A DNA stretch of 64,000 nucleotides from Squalus acanthias (GCA_030390025.1 CM059432.1:7812001-7876000), one strand, 5' to 3'. Positions 23,916 through 37,069 are shown, counted from the first letter of the stretch. The notes: a model not told the origin generated them from the letters alone. Numbers and translations: made by a program.

Positions 23916-24674
23916 GGGGGCAAAATTGGATGCCTTTGTGCCTCCCATTAGCACCCCCGGGGGGCGATAATGGGGCGCAAATGGCTTTGTGACCGGACGC
24001 GGCGCTGACGTCGACTCCCACCATATTCAGCGGGAGTTTTGCGGCGGAGCTACGGCGTTGCGCCCTGATCTCCTTCGCCCGGAGATCGTGACATCATCGC
24101 TGTGCGCATCGCCCCGGTAGTGCCCCGGACCCGAAGTTGACCTCCGCCCCCTGCAGCAGCACCGGGTGAAAACACCGACAGCTGCAGGAGGTGTGCATCG
24201 GGCGGCCGGCCGCTTCAGGGGCGATGATTAAAGGCGAGGTGGTCGAGGTAAGTAAAAAAAAACTTACCCTTTTGTTCTAGTTTTTTTCACGGGTTCTTGC
24301 CCGCGATCGATCAGCCTGGCGCTCTGCTTGAGTACCGGGCTGATCGCGCGGGATCGCGGCTGCCTTGGCGGTCCAGGTCGGTACTGTTTAAATTGCAGAG
24401 CCTGCAGCGATGGCCCTTCCCTTTAAGGGAGGGGAGGAGCCTTTGAACGCGGCAGCGCTGCACGGCCCAGTGTGCAGCATTGCTGAAGTCTCTGCCCCGC
24501 CTGCTGCCGATTGCGCCCCAAGAAGGAAGTGGAGCGCTTGATTTAGCGCTCCACTTCCTTCTTGGAGCGCAAAAGCGAATTTTTCAAAAGTTTAGAAACT
24601 TTAGCGCCTGGCGCTAACTTTCTCAACTTTTAAAAGTTAGTGCCTCAAACAGGGCTATAATGAATTTCTCCCCC
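23916..24674. mobile_element. Harbinger-type MITE, GGCGCTAA family, opposite orientation to 10904
   Basis: TIRs GGGGGCAAAATT/AATTTCTCCCCC and TSD TAT. Confidence 0.88.
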
Positions 24675-25181
24675 TATAGATTCAAGTCTTACTTTTTTTC
24701 TTTCAATACTACATCAGTCATTTCACTGGACACAACTGACTGATTGATCTCTGCTGAAATGCATAGAAAGAGCCTGTACCTTAAAGATCAAGGCATCAAC
24801 GGCATCTGCAAGGGTTCATCTACTGGGCCAAAATTGACACGGGCAGTCTAGGAGTGATTCTGCAATTCAGCGTTCCCAGCAGGCAGGAACAATCACAATA
24901 AGACATCTTGGGAAACCCATGATTCCCAGTCATTGAAATGAATGGGCGAAAAGTCATAGGTTTCCTCCTGCGATTTCAAGGGATGCTCTTCCTAATGAGA
25001 GAGCTAGGTCGCGGAATCACTGCTTCTTTTTCTGCTATAGCCAAATAATTTGGACTGCAAATAACCTTGTCCTCCAAACTCTGCTTTTCTTATCGACCCT
25101 CTTCTGCATAAGAATAAGTGTATCAGGTAGAATGGCCACAGTAAGCTTTTCTTTATATATAAGATATACACACACATATTA

Positions 25182-25897
25182 AACAACAACAACCACTTGC
25201 AATTATACAGCATCTTTATGTAATAAAACGTCCCAAGGCCCTTCACAGGAACGATATCAGGCAAAATTTGACACCGAGCCACATAAAGAGATATTGGGAC
25301 AGGTGACCAAAAGCTTGGTCAAAGAGGTAGGTTTTAAAAGAGCGTCTTAAAGGAGGAAAGAGAGGTAGAGAGGCGGAGAGGTTTAGGCAGGGAATTCCAG
25401 AGCTTAGGGCTGAGACAGTCGAAGGCACGGCTGACAATGGTGGAGCGATGAAAATCAGGGATGCACAAGTGGCCAGAATTGGAGGAGCGCAGAGATCTCG
25501 GAGGGCTGTGGGGCTGGAGGAGATTACAGAGATAGGGAGGGACGAGGCCATGGAGGGATTTCAACACAAGGGTGAGAATTTTGAAATCGAGGTGATCCTG
25601 GACTGGGAGCCAATGTAGGTCAGCGAGCACAGGGGATGATGGGTGAACGGGACTTGGTGCGAGTTAGGACACGGGCAGCAGAGTTTTGGATGAGTTGCAG
25701 TTTATGGAGGATGGAAGATGGGAGGCCGGCCAGGAGAGCGTTGGAATAGTTGAGTCTGAAGGTAACAATGGCAGGGATGAGGGTTTCAGCAGCAGATGGG
25801 CTGAGGCAGGGGCGGAGACGGGTGATATTACGGAGGTAGAAGTAGGCGGTGGTGGTGGAAAGGATATGGGGTCGGTTGCTCAGCTCAGGGTCAAATA
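25182..25897 (-). mobile_element. L2 3' fragment
   Basis: LADLHWLPVQ...FKILTLVLKSLHGL and LQLIQNSAARVLT. Confidence 0.9.
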
Positions 25898-26017
25898 TAT
25901 TAAAGACTAATTCTGCAGTAGCTGCAAAAGTATGAGGCCAAGCCAGGAGTATAGCAAACATTACCTCATGAACAGTATGTGGAAGAGATGAGAAATATAG
26001 CCAGATGGTTGGGAGAA

Positions 26018-27465
26018 TGTAAGGGTGAAGGGATAATTACTAGTCCTAGCCCTTTTCGGGCTACCCCAGATCAGGCATATTCCCCAGATGTTCACCTTCA
26101 ACTAAAGTTAGAGATAGCCGAATCCTAGAGATGCTTAATTGGGTCTAAAGGTTCAGACTATCTCTCCCTAAAGGAAAGGAAATGCCTGAAGATGTTACCG
26201 TCCTCCGGATAGCACTTTTAACAAGTTTAGCTAGACTGTAACCTTCCGGATATTATGAGGGTCCTGAAAACCCCCCAGGATTCTGCAACTCCTCTCAGAA
26301 GAGTGTACAGAAATTGAATTCGTGAGTTGATACAGAAATACTCTGTGAGACAATTTTAAAAATATATAGATTTATTAAAGAACCGACATCTAGTTAACAG
26401 CTGGTATGGCAATCACAACTTTAACCGTTCAAAATACAAAAAGCTTACATTTCTTATCAGAGATCCTTATTCTCAAATCTTAACTTCGTTACATTTCCAC
26501 GCTTCTACTTATTTCTTAATCCAGAATATCCACCAAAATCAAATACCTTGATTACCCGAGACTCAGAGTTAAAAACTTACAGAGCGTGCCTGTGAAGTTG
26601 AGAAACGCTTGCCCTTCCAGCGACTTCTGACTTTCCATCTGAAAAGCTCTATTTTTATACCTTTTTTTAGTGGTTTATTCTTTTGAAGTTTTCTGCTGAT
26701 GTAAGCTAATTATCTCTAGCCATACCTCTGTTGACTTCTTTCTATTCTTACTGTTAATTCAGCTGTTAGCTTTCAGAATCCTGTCTGCTGTATAGGTGTT
26801 TCAAAAACTTATCATTTTTATGGTTATTATCGATTAATCTATTTGATGCTATTCTTAGGAAGTCTTTCTACTGAATTCTTAACTCCCTTTAGCTGCTTGT
26901 TAGCAGACGTCGTGTCTCCTAACTATTCCATTTTTAATACAAACACAATGTGATTGCTTGGTGTCATCTATTGATATTATATCTTCAAAGTGTTCTGTTT
27001 GTACCTTTTACAATTTGTAAATCAAAACCACTTCATCTAGGGTGTTTGTTTTCCTAGCCATCTTAGTTGGTTTTTTATATAATCGTGTTTCCTGTTTCAT
27101 TTGATGTTACTTTTATCAAAGGCACATGGTTTTATAATATTCTGTTTTTCTGTTCGACGTGTTAGTTTTTAACACTTTACTTGGGCATTACTATTGTGTT
27201 GGTTCCATACTGTAGACATCTCGGAAGAAAGCCTTTGCTTTTTCAATAGGGCCTTTGTATTTACAAACCAATTCCCATTTCAAAGCTTGTTTGGTGTTTA
27301 CAGCTTTTGTTATCAACTGTTCTTATCTCAAAAGCCTGTATTGTGTTTGCAGCCTGTGTCGCCGAGGCTTTCCAGACTTTTAACCCCAGTATGTCATGTA
27401 TTAATAATATCAGAAATCTGTTCATAGGATGGTGTATTTTTCTGAAATATGGCTATTCCATTACA
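26018..27465 (-). mobile_element. Candidate long retroviral solo LTR (~1.45 kb)
   Basis: Termini TGTAAGGG...CCATTACA. On the minus strand, TATAAAAA (26659-26652), GTAAGT (26580-26575) and AATAAA (26376-26371) occur in U3-R-U5 order. No clean TSD. Confidence 0.6.
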
Positions 27466-27634
27466 AGGGAGTAGTGGGTATGAATAGAGCTAGTTGTATG
27501 GAAGGAGCTTTGAAAGTAAGACCATAACTGATTCCCGCAGTTTCTCATTAGTGAGTACAATGAACAAAAGATAGCTATTGCGCAGATGTGTTGAAGGGAG
27601 ATTAACCAGTCTTAGGGTGGATGCATTGGCATAA

Positions 27635-27925
27635 TGTCATCACGTTAGGAGGATGTGATTAACACTATAAAAGATTCAATACACTGTAGCTCCTTGGGGA
27701 CTTTGACCTAGTCTTGCTGAGGCTCGCGTAAGCAGTCAAGACGACATGCTTGCGACCTCCTGATAATGAGTCCTCTGCACGTGAGTTACAATTGGTACCA
27801 CTCTCATGGGCACTGCATGTACGGGGTTGTGCTTCATCACTGATTTGGTAAATAAAGAGTATTAACCAGCTGTCTCTGTGCTTCCTCGTTCTCGAGCGTG
27901 TATGAGAGGAAAAGGATGTATGACA
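27635..27925 (+). mobile_element. LTR-like segment, 5' boundary uncertain
   Basis: TGTCAT...ATGACA ends, TATAAAA at ~27666, AATAAA at ~27851, flanks ATAA/ATAT. Confidence 0.45.
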
Positions 27926-28189
27926 ATATCCGATAAAATCCAGCGTGTCATTGTGAGGCTGCTGTTGTGAGAGTAAAGATTCCACTAACAGTTGGCACGT
28001 CTTGAACCAGCTGCATGCCAGTTCTCGGTGGCAACGTTTAGTCCAGTTATCCCTACCCCTCCTTTATTGGTTTCAGTTCTGACTGTATAGGTCCTTCAAA
28101 GAGCAAGCACTGGCACGATGGGGTGAATGGCTTCCTTCTGTGCTGTCTCATTCTATGATTCTAAACCTCAGCAGTAATGCTCAAAGCCA

Positions 28190-29300
28190 ACAACAACAAC
28201 TTGCATTTATATAGCGCCTTTAACATAGCAAGAAGTACCAAGGTGCTCGAAGGAGATTTTTTTCCAGGGGCTAACACAAAAGTTAGTGGGGTTGTGAGGA
28301 GGAAGGGGGATGTGGGTGGAGAGCGATACAAGGAAATGATTATTTAAGAAAGAGGGCCTTATCTGTGATGGTCATGATGGGAGCAGCAAGGTCACCTGAG
28401 ATGGCGAGATCGTGGGTTGGCCGTGAATATGGGTAGGAGAGTTATATGGAGGGAGTGATTTAGGGAGGAAAGGAGGGCAATGAACTCAGAGGAAAGAGAT
28501 CAAGAAGCGTTGAGATGGAGGTTGAAATCACCGAGGATGAGAAGTCGCTCGGTGCAGAGGCTGAGGGAGGAAGGCAGAGAAGATATCTCAGTGAGAAACT
28601 TGGCGTGGTACTTGGGTGGGCAAGGATTTTAAAAGAGAGGCGTGAGGAGTGGAACAAGGTGAGATGCTCAAAGGAGGCGAAGTTGCCAGAGGAGTAGAGA
28701 GATAGACCAAGGGATAATTTAGAGATAAGGGCCACACCGCCACCGTGGTGGTTTGAGCGGGGCAAGTGGTGGAAGGTATAGCCAGGCGGGGAACCTTCAT
28801 TAAGGGGAAAGGTGTCATCACCCCTTAGCCATGTCTCCGTCAAGGCTATGACGTCGATGTGATCATCCACAATAAGCTCATGGATGGCAAGCGAACGTAC
28901 ATTCTGGAGGGAGATGCAGAGAGGGTCGGTGATAGCCGATCCACGGGCAGATTCCAGTGAGTCAGCGCTGGGAGCGACGAGTGGGACGGGACGGAGGTTG
29001 GCAAGATGAGCCCCCGGCAGGCGCGCTGGGTGGGAAGGGCGGGGAGAGAGTAGGATGGGGCAATTGGGGTTGCTGCTCATTCGGAGCCAGCGACGAGTAT
29101 CTCGGTGGGCCCTTTGGAGGATGCCAAGGGAGGCACAGCGGGAATCTGTAGGATTATTTAAGAGGGCTTCAAGCCTTGGATGGCGGCAGGGGAGTAGGAA
29201 AGACGATGAGTGCTGAAGGTCGGGGTTTGTGAGGGTAGAGTACCTGAGGGTGGAGAATCGAAAGGAGGCATGGCGGGGTAAAGAGGAAAAACGGGGGAGT
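28190..29300 (-). mobile_element. L2 ORF2 N-terminal (AP endonuclease) fragment
   Basis: ISLQNVRSL...DVIALTETWL...PPGYTFHHLPR...GGGVALI. A SINE tail abuts it at 29300-29410. Confidence 0.85.
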
Positions 29301-30104
29301 AAAGAAAGAAAAGAAAGAAAGACTTGCATTTCTATAGCGCCTTTCACAACCACCGGACGTCTCAAAGCGCTTTACAGCCAATGAAGTACTTTTGGAGTGT
29401 AGTCACTGACATGAATCTTGTCATTCATGTATGAAGTAATACTGGGCGGCCTGCTGGTGGCGCTGTCCAGGGAGAGTGTAAATACTTGGGCATGGGCCCA
29501 GCTTGCTTAGGACATTCCTCAACAGGAACTAGTGAAGGACACAACTAGATCTCCATGTTGAAAAACAGTTGATTAAAGCTTTGTTTAACGCTTAGACCAA
29601 GTGCCTAGTAGTTTTCTTACATCAGTCACTGTTGCAATGTGGGAAACGGGGAAATAGAAGTGATGGGCGCGGGTCCGGAGCAGCAGCCAAAACACGCACG
29701 CGAATGGACACGGGGAAACTAAGCTACACGAAATTGGTTACATGCAAGATCAAGATAGCAATGCTCTGAAATACACGGGGAGTAGGGAGGAGACAACACG
29801 CGGGAAAACTAGAGTTAAAGTCAGAGGTGCGATAAAGCCGATGTAGGTTGGGTGGAATCAGCGATGAACTGATGTCCAGGTGCCAAGACAGGTGAGTGAG
29901 ACCAAAGGCTATGTGAAGGGCAGAGCATTGATGCGTGTATATCCATGAATTCAAATATTTCCTGTGACCATATTGAATCAGCTGTTGCTGGTGCCTAGAC
30001 TTCCGTATGACGAAGTGATTAGTAGCAACACCAGACAGCTACTGGTGCCTGTGGCTAGACCCCCCAGGAACCATTGCTGATAAATCTAAAAGCCGCCACA
30101 ACAA

Positions 30105-32022
30105 AGCACCACACTTTAGGAAGGACATGAAGGAGAGATTACAGAAGAGATTTACTAGAATGGCTCCAAGGAGAAGGGAATACAGTTACGTGGATAGACT
30201 GGAGAAGCTGGGGGTTGTTCTCCTTGGAGCAGAGAAGGCAAAGAGGAGATTTGATCGAGGTGTTTAAAATCATGACGGGTTTAGATAGAGTAAATAAAGA
30301 GAAACTGTTTCCAGTGGCTGAAGGGTCGGTAACCAGAGGGCACAGATTTAAGGTGATTGGCAAAAGAACCAGAGGCGACATGAGGAAAAACGTTTTTACG
30401 CAGCGAGTGGTTTGGATTTGGAATGCACTGCCTGATAGGGCGGTGGATACAGATTCAATAGTAGCCTGCAAAAGGGAATTGGATCGATACTGGAAGGAGA
30501 AAAAATTGCAGTGATATGGGGAAAGAGCGGGGGAGTGGGACTAACTGGATTGCTCTTTGCAAGAGCCGGCGCAGACTCGATGGGCAGAATGTCACTGTTT
30601 AAGAATGACGAGAGGGGGAAACCAGGGAATTATAGACCAGTTAGCCTAACATCTGTTGTTGGGAAATTGACAGAGTCTATAATTAAGGATAGGGTGACTG
30701 AACACCTCGAAAATTTTCAGTTGATCAGAGAGAGCCAGCATGGATTTGTGAAAGGTAGGTCATGCCTGACAAACCTGATTGAATTTTTTGAGGTGGTGAC
30801 TAAAGTAGTGGATAGGGGAATATATGGATGTTATTTATATGGACTTCCAGAAGGCATTTGATAAAGTCCCACATAAGACACTGTTAACTAAGGTGGAAGC
30901 CCGTGGAATTGAGGGAAAAGTATTGACCTGGTTAAGAAATTGGCTGAGCGGCAGGAGACAGAGAGTAGGGATAATGGGCAGGTACTCTAATTGGTAGGAT
31001 GTGACTAGTGATGTCCTGCAGGGATCTGTGTTGGGGCCTCAACTATTCACAGTATTTATTAACGACTTAGATGATGGCATAGAAAGTCATATAGTCAAAT
31101 TTGCCAATGACACAGAGATAGGTGGCATTGTAGGCAGTGTAGATGAAAGCATAAAATTACAAAGGGATATCGACAGATTAAGTGAATGGGCAAAACTGTG
31201 GCAAATGGATTTCAGTGTAGGCAAATATGAGGTCATCCACTTTGAACATAAAAAGGATAGAACAGGGTACTTTCTAAATGGTGAAAAGCTAAAAACAGTG
31301 GAGGTCCAAAGAGACTTGAGGGTCCAGGTACATAGATCATTAAAATGTCATGAACAGGTACAGAAAATAATTAAAATGGCTAATGGAATGCTGGCCTTTA
31401 TATCTAGGACTAGAATACAAGGGGGTAGAAGTTATGCTGCAGCTGTACAAAACCCTGGTTAGACCACACCTGGAGCACTGTGAGCAGTTCTGGGCACCAC
31501 ACCTTAGGAAGGATATATTGACCTTGGAGGGAGTGCAGCGCAGGTTTACCGGAATGATACCCGGACTCCAAGGGTTAAGATACGAGGAGAGATTACACAA
31601 ATTAGGGTTGTATTCCCTAGAATTTAGAAGGATAAGGGGTGATCTGATCCAAGTTTTCAAGATATTAAGGGGAAGAGATAGGGTAGATAGAGAGAAACTA
31701 TTTCCGCTGGTTGGGGATTCTAGGACTAGGGGGCATAGTCTAAAAATTAGAGCCAGACCTTTCAGGAGTGAAATTAGGAAACACTTCTACACACAAAGGG
31801 TGGTCGAAGTTTGGAACTCTCTTCCGCAAACGGCAATTGATGCTAGACCAATTGTTAATATTAAATCGCCGATTTAAAGCTTTTTGTTAACCAAGAATAT
31901 TAAGGGATATGGGCCAAAGGCGGGTATATGGAGTTAGGTCACAGATCAGCCATGATCTCATTGAATGGCGGAACAGGCTCGAGGGGCTCAATGGCCTCCT
32001 CCTGTTCCTATGTTCCTGTGTT
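30105..32022 (+). mobile_element. CR1 3' fragment followed by a longer CR1 RT-to-3' copy (30590-32022)
   Basis: PGNYRPVSLTS, QHGF, QGSVLGP, KFANDT, LYKTLVRPHLE. Frameshifted. Confidence 0.92.
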
Positions 32023-32555
32023 CTTGGGTACTGGCATTTCAGGTGTGTGACCTTTCATCGGGGCCGCAAAACATCATAACCTGTCGTTTCTCCTCGCAGG
32101 TGATTTCTGACCTGCTGCGTATGTCCAGCAATTTTATGTTTTTATTTCCAAGGGTGCAGCGCTGCAGCACATGTTTCTGCTCTGCTGCTGTGGACGATTA
32201 GTCAACTTTCCCTGCCGCCTCCACAAATTTCCCTTTAATGACGAGCTGCTGCCCTTTTTAAGAGCCTCTTGTCTTGGTGGTTTCCCCAAGTCGTGTGACC
32301 AAGGTCCCTGGCCAAGCTCCTCCTGTGCCAGTTAGCAGTTTAAGTGAGCGAGGGAGGGGACTTCCCGTCGCAAGATCCGGCACAGCCAACTCCGAGCTGC
32401 CAGCCCAAGTGAACCTGAAACATAGGCCAGTACAGTCCCATCGGAAGGTCACCAACCTGAAAAGTTAACTCTGTTCCTTTTGCCGTGGCTCAGTTGGTAG
32501 CACCCTTCCCTCTGAGTCTAGAAGGTTGTGAGTTCAGGTCCCGCTCCAGAGACCT

Positions 32556-35198
32556 GGGCTGGGATTTTACTAACCTTGGCGGGTCTGGGGCGGGCGACGT
32601 CGGTGGCGAGTCTCGACCCCGCTGCTGGCTCCATCCCGGCCTCTGAAATGAATTTCCCTTGATTGGACTTGTTAAGCCCCGCCCAGCGCGTTTCCCGGCC
32701 AATTAGAGGAAGCGGGTCTGGTGACGTCATTTGATGGCGCATCATCGGCCGGTTTCCTTAAAGGGACCATGTCCAACTTTATTTTGACATTTGTTCTCTC
32801 AGTGTTCTACAGCATTGAGGTGCGGCAAACACTGACAATCACTGCACAAAGGCACAGGGCTGCCCCCAGGCTCTCCCATGACTCCCACCATATGCTTATG
32901 GAGGGAGTCACAGCACGCAGGGGGGTCCTCTTCCCTTCCCATGGGTGGAAGAGACCTCCCCAGGAGATCAACGCAGCCTGGTTGCACACTTCAGAGGAGG
33001 GCACAAGCAGGGATGTGGTCAGCAGTGCCGCAAACGTTTCAATGATCTCAGTAGATCATGAAATGTTAGTACAAAGCCACACTCAACCTCATCCTGCTGT
33101 GCCTCTCATCACATCCCCATCACTCTCCCTTCCCTACCCTACTCCTGCGCATCCTTACTCACACCAACTTACCTTACTCACACCAACTTACCTTGGACCT
33201 TCACCCATCCCTCTCTATTTACATTATCACTTCCCATCTCACTAGCCACCCCTCACACTCACCCTCATCCTAGTCCAATCATACCAACTAACGACACACA
33301 AGGGTAGGCACTTGGGTGTTTTAGCCAATGTTCATGTGAAGTTTCTGTTAATGTGCTGTCAAACATTGAAACCTATATTTTCAACACTTTGGGCTGGATT
33401 TTGAATCTGGGGTCGGGTTGGGGTCGGGAATCACACATTCTGGCTTGTGAACCCGCCTCCATCGAGATGTGGCCAACCCACTGTATTTTCCCTTGATTGA
33501 CCTTGTTGAGCCCGCCCAGTGGGCTCAGCAGGCCAATTAAGGGCCACCCGGCAACAGGTGATGTCACAGATTGACATTTCATCTGTCAAGAGCTTTTGAC
33601 AGATGAAATATCAGCGTTTGACAGCTCTGTGAAGCTGTCAAACACTCACAATATGATTTCTAACTTCAGTCCTTCCTCTCAGGCTGAGTTAGAAATCATT
33701 CCACCACAGAAAACAGAAGGCTGCAGTTTCTGACAGAACCACGGCTTTCCTGCTTTCTGTGCCGGTGAGATTTCTAACTCCTGAGAACTGAAGGGCTGAC
33801 ACCTGCAGGAGGAAGTTAAGGTAAGTAAAACTTTTTCCAACACTTAGCACTTACCTTACACACTTACCTCTGCACACATGCACCCATCACTCACCTGCCC
33901 ACTGGACATATCGACCCCTCCAATCCCTGCAGACCCACGGCCCGCCCCGATAACTTGGCGTGGTTGCCACCTGTCGGGAAGCCCACACTTTTCTTTTTAA
34001 AATAGGGATTATGCAAAAAACTGCCTGTTAACTACCTGTTAACAGGCAGTTAATTGTCACTAATCCCTTCCCGCCTCAGGGAGTCAGGTCTCAGAACAGG
34101 TCGGGTACCCGCCGCCAGAGAAACTGGCATGGAGGCGGGTTGGAGGCGGGATGGGGTCGGGACCCCCGAATCTGCAACTTTAACCCCCCCCCACCGCCCG
34201 CCTCCAAACCCGACTCCACGGGTCATTGAAAATCCAGCCCTTTGTGTCCTTGGACAGATTTGTGTGCACCTTTGGAAGTGGCTTAGTGAGTTGCAGTGAA
34301 TGGTGAGACATAACGGTACCCCCCATAATGGTGATGAGTGTGAAAAGAATGGGTTGGGCATTGTAGGAATGCTTCATGCTGTTGGTGTGGGGTGGTGCCA
34401 ACAGCGCATCATGTGGCAGCCAGGGTGTACAGCATCAAGTGAACTAAATCTGGCTATGGTGAGTCCATCCCTGACCTCCCGGGCAGCAATGTAGTCAGGT
34501 GCTGATGCCCTGTGTCCTGTGCAGCATCAATTGATTGCAGAGAAGGTTGGTGTTGTTGTTGGTGCTGTTGGTGTGCCTGGTACTGCTGGTGTTGGGGCTG
34601 ATTGTGTTCAGATTCTGAGGATCAAGGTGAGAGAGTATAAAGGGCACCCATGTTGATGGAATAGACGGCAGGTGAAGTTGAGATGACAGAAGCATTCTGT
34701 CAATGGTGAGAAAGGTTCTTCCAAAGGGGTGACACTGAATAGAGAGTTTGCTCCAAACACTTGCAACCTGCATAAAGCTCAATCTGTCTTCCAAATGCAG
34801 TAAGTAACAGCATCTAAGCTTGGAAAGTGAACAGCTGTGAGGTGGGAGCTTTTATCGTACATTTCAAGCAGTCAAGTAATCAAATGATTCAATGGTCATT
34901 CATCTCCTGCCTCAGTTTACCTGACGTGATCCCCGAGCAGCGAGGACCCCATGGGTGAGCATGTAAAGTCAAAAAGTAAGCTAAAATGTATTCTTAATGA
35001 TGCCTAAAAAAGGTCATACTGAGCTTAGTTGGGTCCCCTGCTGCTGCGTGTCGGGTCTGCTCAGCACTGACAGACCCGACATTGGGAAAGGCATGTTGCA
35101 GCGGGTTCACAGAGGGGTCCCGACCCGCTGTGAAAAAAAACGCTTTCCCACCCGACCAGCCACCAATCGCACCCGCTGACCCCCTGGAAAATTCTGAC
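32556..35198. mobile_element. Internally deleted Harbinger element
   Basis: Myb/SANT exon 1 remnant RAAPRLSHDSHHMLMEGVTARRGVLFP and nuclease-end remnants on the minus strand. Colinear with 45673-49433. Termini GGCTGGGATTTT/AAAATTCTGACC. Confidence 0.85.
33391..34240. mobile_element. Harbinger-type MITE nested in the deleted Harbinger
   Basis: Perfect 12-bp TIR GGGCTGGATTTT/AAAATCCAGCCC and TSD TTT. Confidence 0.9.
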
Positions 35199-36135
35199 CT
35201 TGGGTACAAAAATCTAGGCTGACAGTCCAGTGCAGTACTGAAGGAGTGCTGCACTGTCAGGAGGTGCTGTCTCTCAGGTGGAGGTAAAAGATCCCACGGC
35301 ACTATTTTGAAGAAGAGCAGGGGAGTTCTCCCCGGTGTCCTGGGGCTAATATTTATCCCTCAATCAACATCACTAAAACAGATTATCTGGTCATTGTCAC
35401 ATTGCTGTTTGTGGGAGCTTGCTGTGCGCAAAATTGGCTGCCGCGTTTCCTACATTACAACAGTGAGCACACTTCAAAAAAGTACTTCATTGGCTGTCGA
35501 GTGCTTTGGGATGGCCGGTGGTCGTGAAAGGCGCTGTATAAATGCAAGTCTTTCTTTCTCTCTCCACAGATGCTGCCTGACCTGCTGAGTGTTTCCAGCA
35601 TTTTCTGGTGGTATTACAGTGCCATTCTTGCCTGACTCGCAAAATTCACAGCCTAAAATGTGATGTTGGGTTGATTTTACTCTCCCTGCTGCTTGCTATT
35701 ACCACAACACTACCATAAATACTACAGTTCCACCGCTTCGGCTTAATTTGACCCTTTGAGCCGAGTAAGTGCCGTCTCATTCAGCCCACGGCTGCTGTGT
35801 TGGCTACTTCTGGTACTTCAAATGCGTCAGCAGCACCTGGACCAGAACCCATAAATCAGAGGACTGTACCGCTCAATGTTTTGATCTCGTAATTAAGACT
35901 TATTTGGAACATTTGTTATTCACCATTCATTAATTTCAAGATCTAATAAAATTTGAATATTTCAACTCGACTATCAAGGACAATCCAAATAAGCCAGTGA
36001 GAGCTCTTTCAGAAAGAACAAAGCAAAGAGCAAAGAGCTGAGTATTGGGCGGTCAGTGCCCTCCAAGGACAAGATTAGCTACATATTTATATTTTGGAAT
36101 AAAATCCTTGTTTCCCACATTACAACAGTTACTAT

Positions 36136-36970
36136 GGGGGCGATTTTGCCAGCCCTGGGGAGGCGGGTTTGGAGACGGGACTGCCGGGAAAATGGCAGAA
36201 TCTGGAGGCAGGTGCCCATCCCGCCTCCATGCCATCTTGCCAGGAGGCGGGTAGCCGACCCGCGCCGGGTCCCATCTCCTTGGAGGCAGGAGGGGGATTA
36301 CAGCCACTTAACTGCCTGTTAACAGGTAGTTAACAGGCAGATAAGAGGATTATCCCCATTTTACACACACAAGTGCGGGCTTCCCGAAGGCTCCGAACCC
36401 CGCCAGGGTCGCCGAGGCGAGCAGTGGGTCTGCGGGGGTCGGAGGGGTGCAAAAGTGCGCTGTGAAGGTAAGTGATGGGTGCAAGTGTGGAGAGGTGAGT
36501 ATGTGAGGTAAGTGGAAAGTGTTAGAAAAAGTTTACTTACCTTTGTTTCTTCCTGCAGGCTTCAGTCGGTGGGTATGCGGAGAGTCTCGGACCTCCGCGG
36601 TAGAGATGACAGATGGCCGTTGCATTCTCCAATGCAACAACCATCTAATTTCTACAAAAGAAAGAGGTTTGATGAGTCTTGAATTCAAGAACTCGTCAAA
36701 CTACAGAGAATGTCAGTGTTTGACAGCTTCACAGAGCTGTCAAACGATGACAATTCATCTGTCAAAAATTTTTGACAGATAAAATGTCATACGCTGATAT
36801 TCTCTGTAACCGGCTTCCCCTTAATTGGCCTGCTAATCCCACTGGGCGGGCATAACAAGGTCAATCAAGGGAAATTAGCGTGGGTTGGCCACAAATCGAT
36901 GGAGGCGGGACTAAAACCCGACAAGTGGGAGTCCCGCCTCCAAAAGCTCCCCATTGGCAAAATCCAGCCC
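36136..36970. mobile_element. Harbinger-type MITE, family of 33391-34240 in opposite orientation, inside a SINE tail
   Basis: TIRs GGGGGCGATTTTGCCA/TGGCAAAATCCAGCCC, TSD TAT/TAC. SINE tail sequence resumes on both sides. Confidence 0.88.
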
Positions 36971-37069
36971 TACAATTCAAAACTATTTCATTGGCTGCAA
37001 AGCGCTTTGGGACGTCCTGAGGTTGTGAAAGGTGCTATATAAATGCAAGTATTTCTCTCTTTTGTCACA

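Larger units (their letters stand above)
32482..35560 (+). mobile_element. Deu-domain SINE split by a Harbinger insertion
   Basis: Head at 32482-32555 continues at 35199-35560. Confidence 0.85.

Noticed and set aside
32035..32475. Further hammerhead-like remnants at ~32050, ~32445 and ~16820
   Set aside because: Context resembles Penelope pseudo-LTRs, but the CTGANGA core is not intact.
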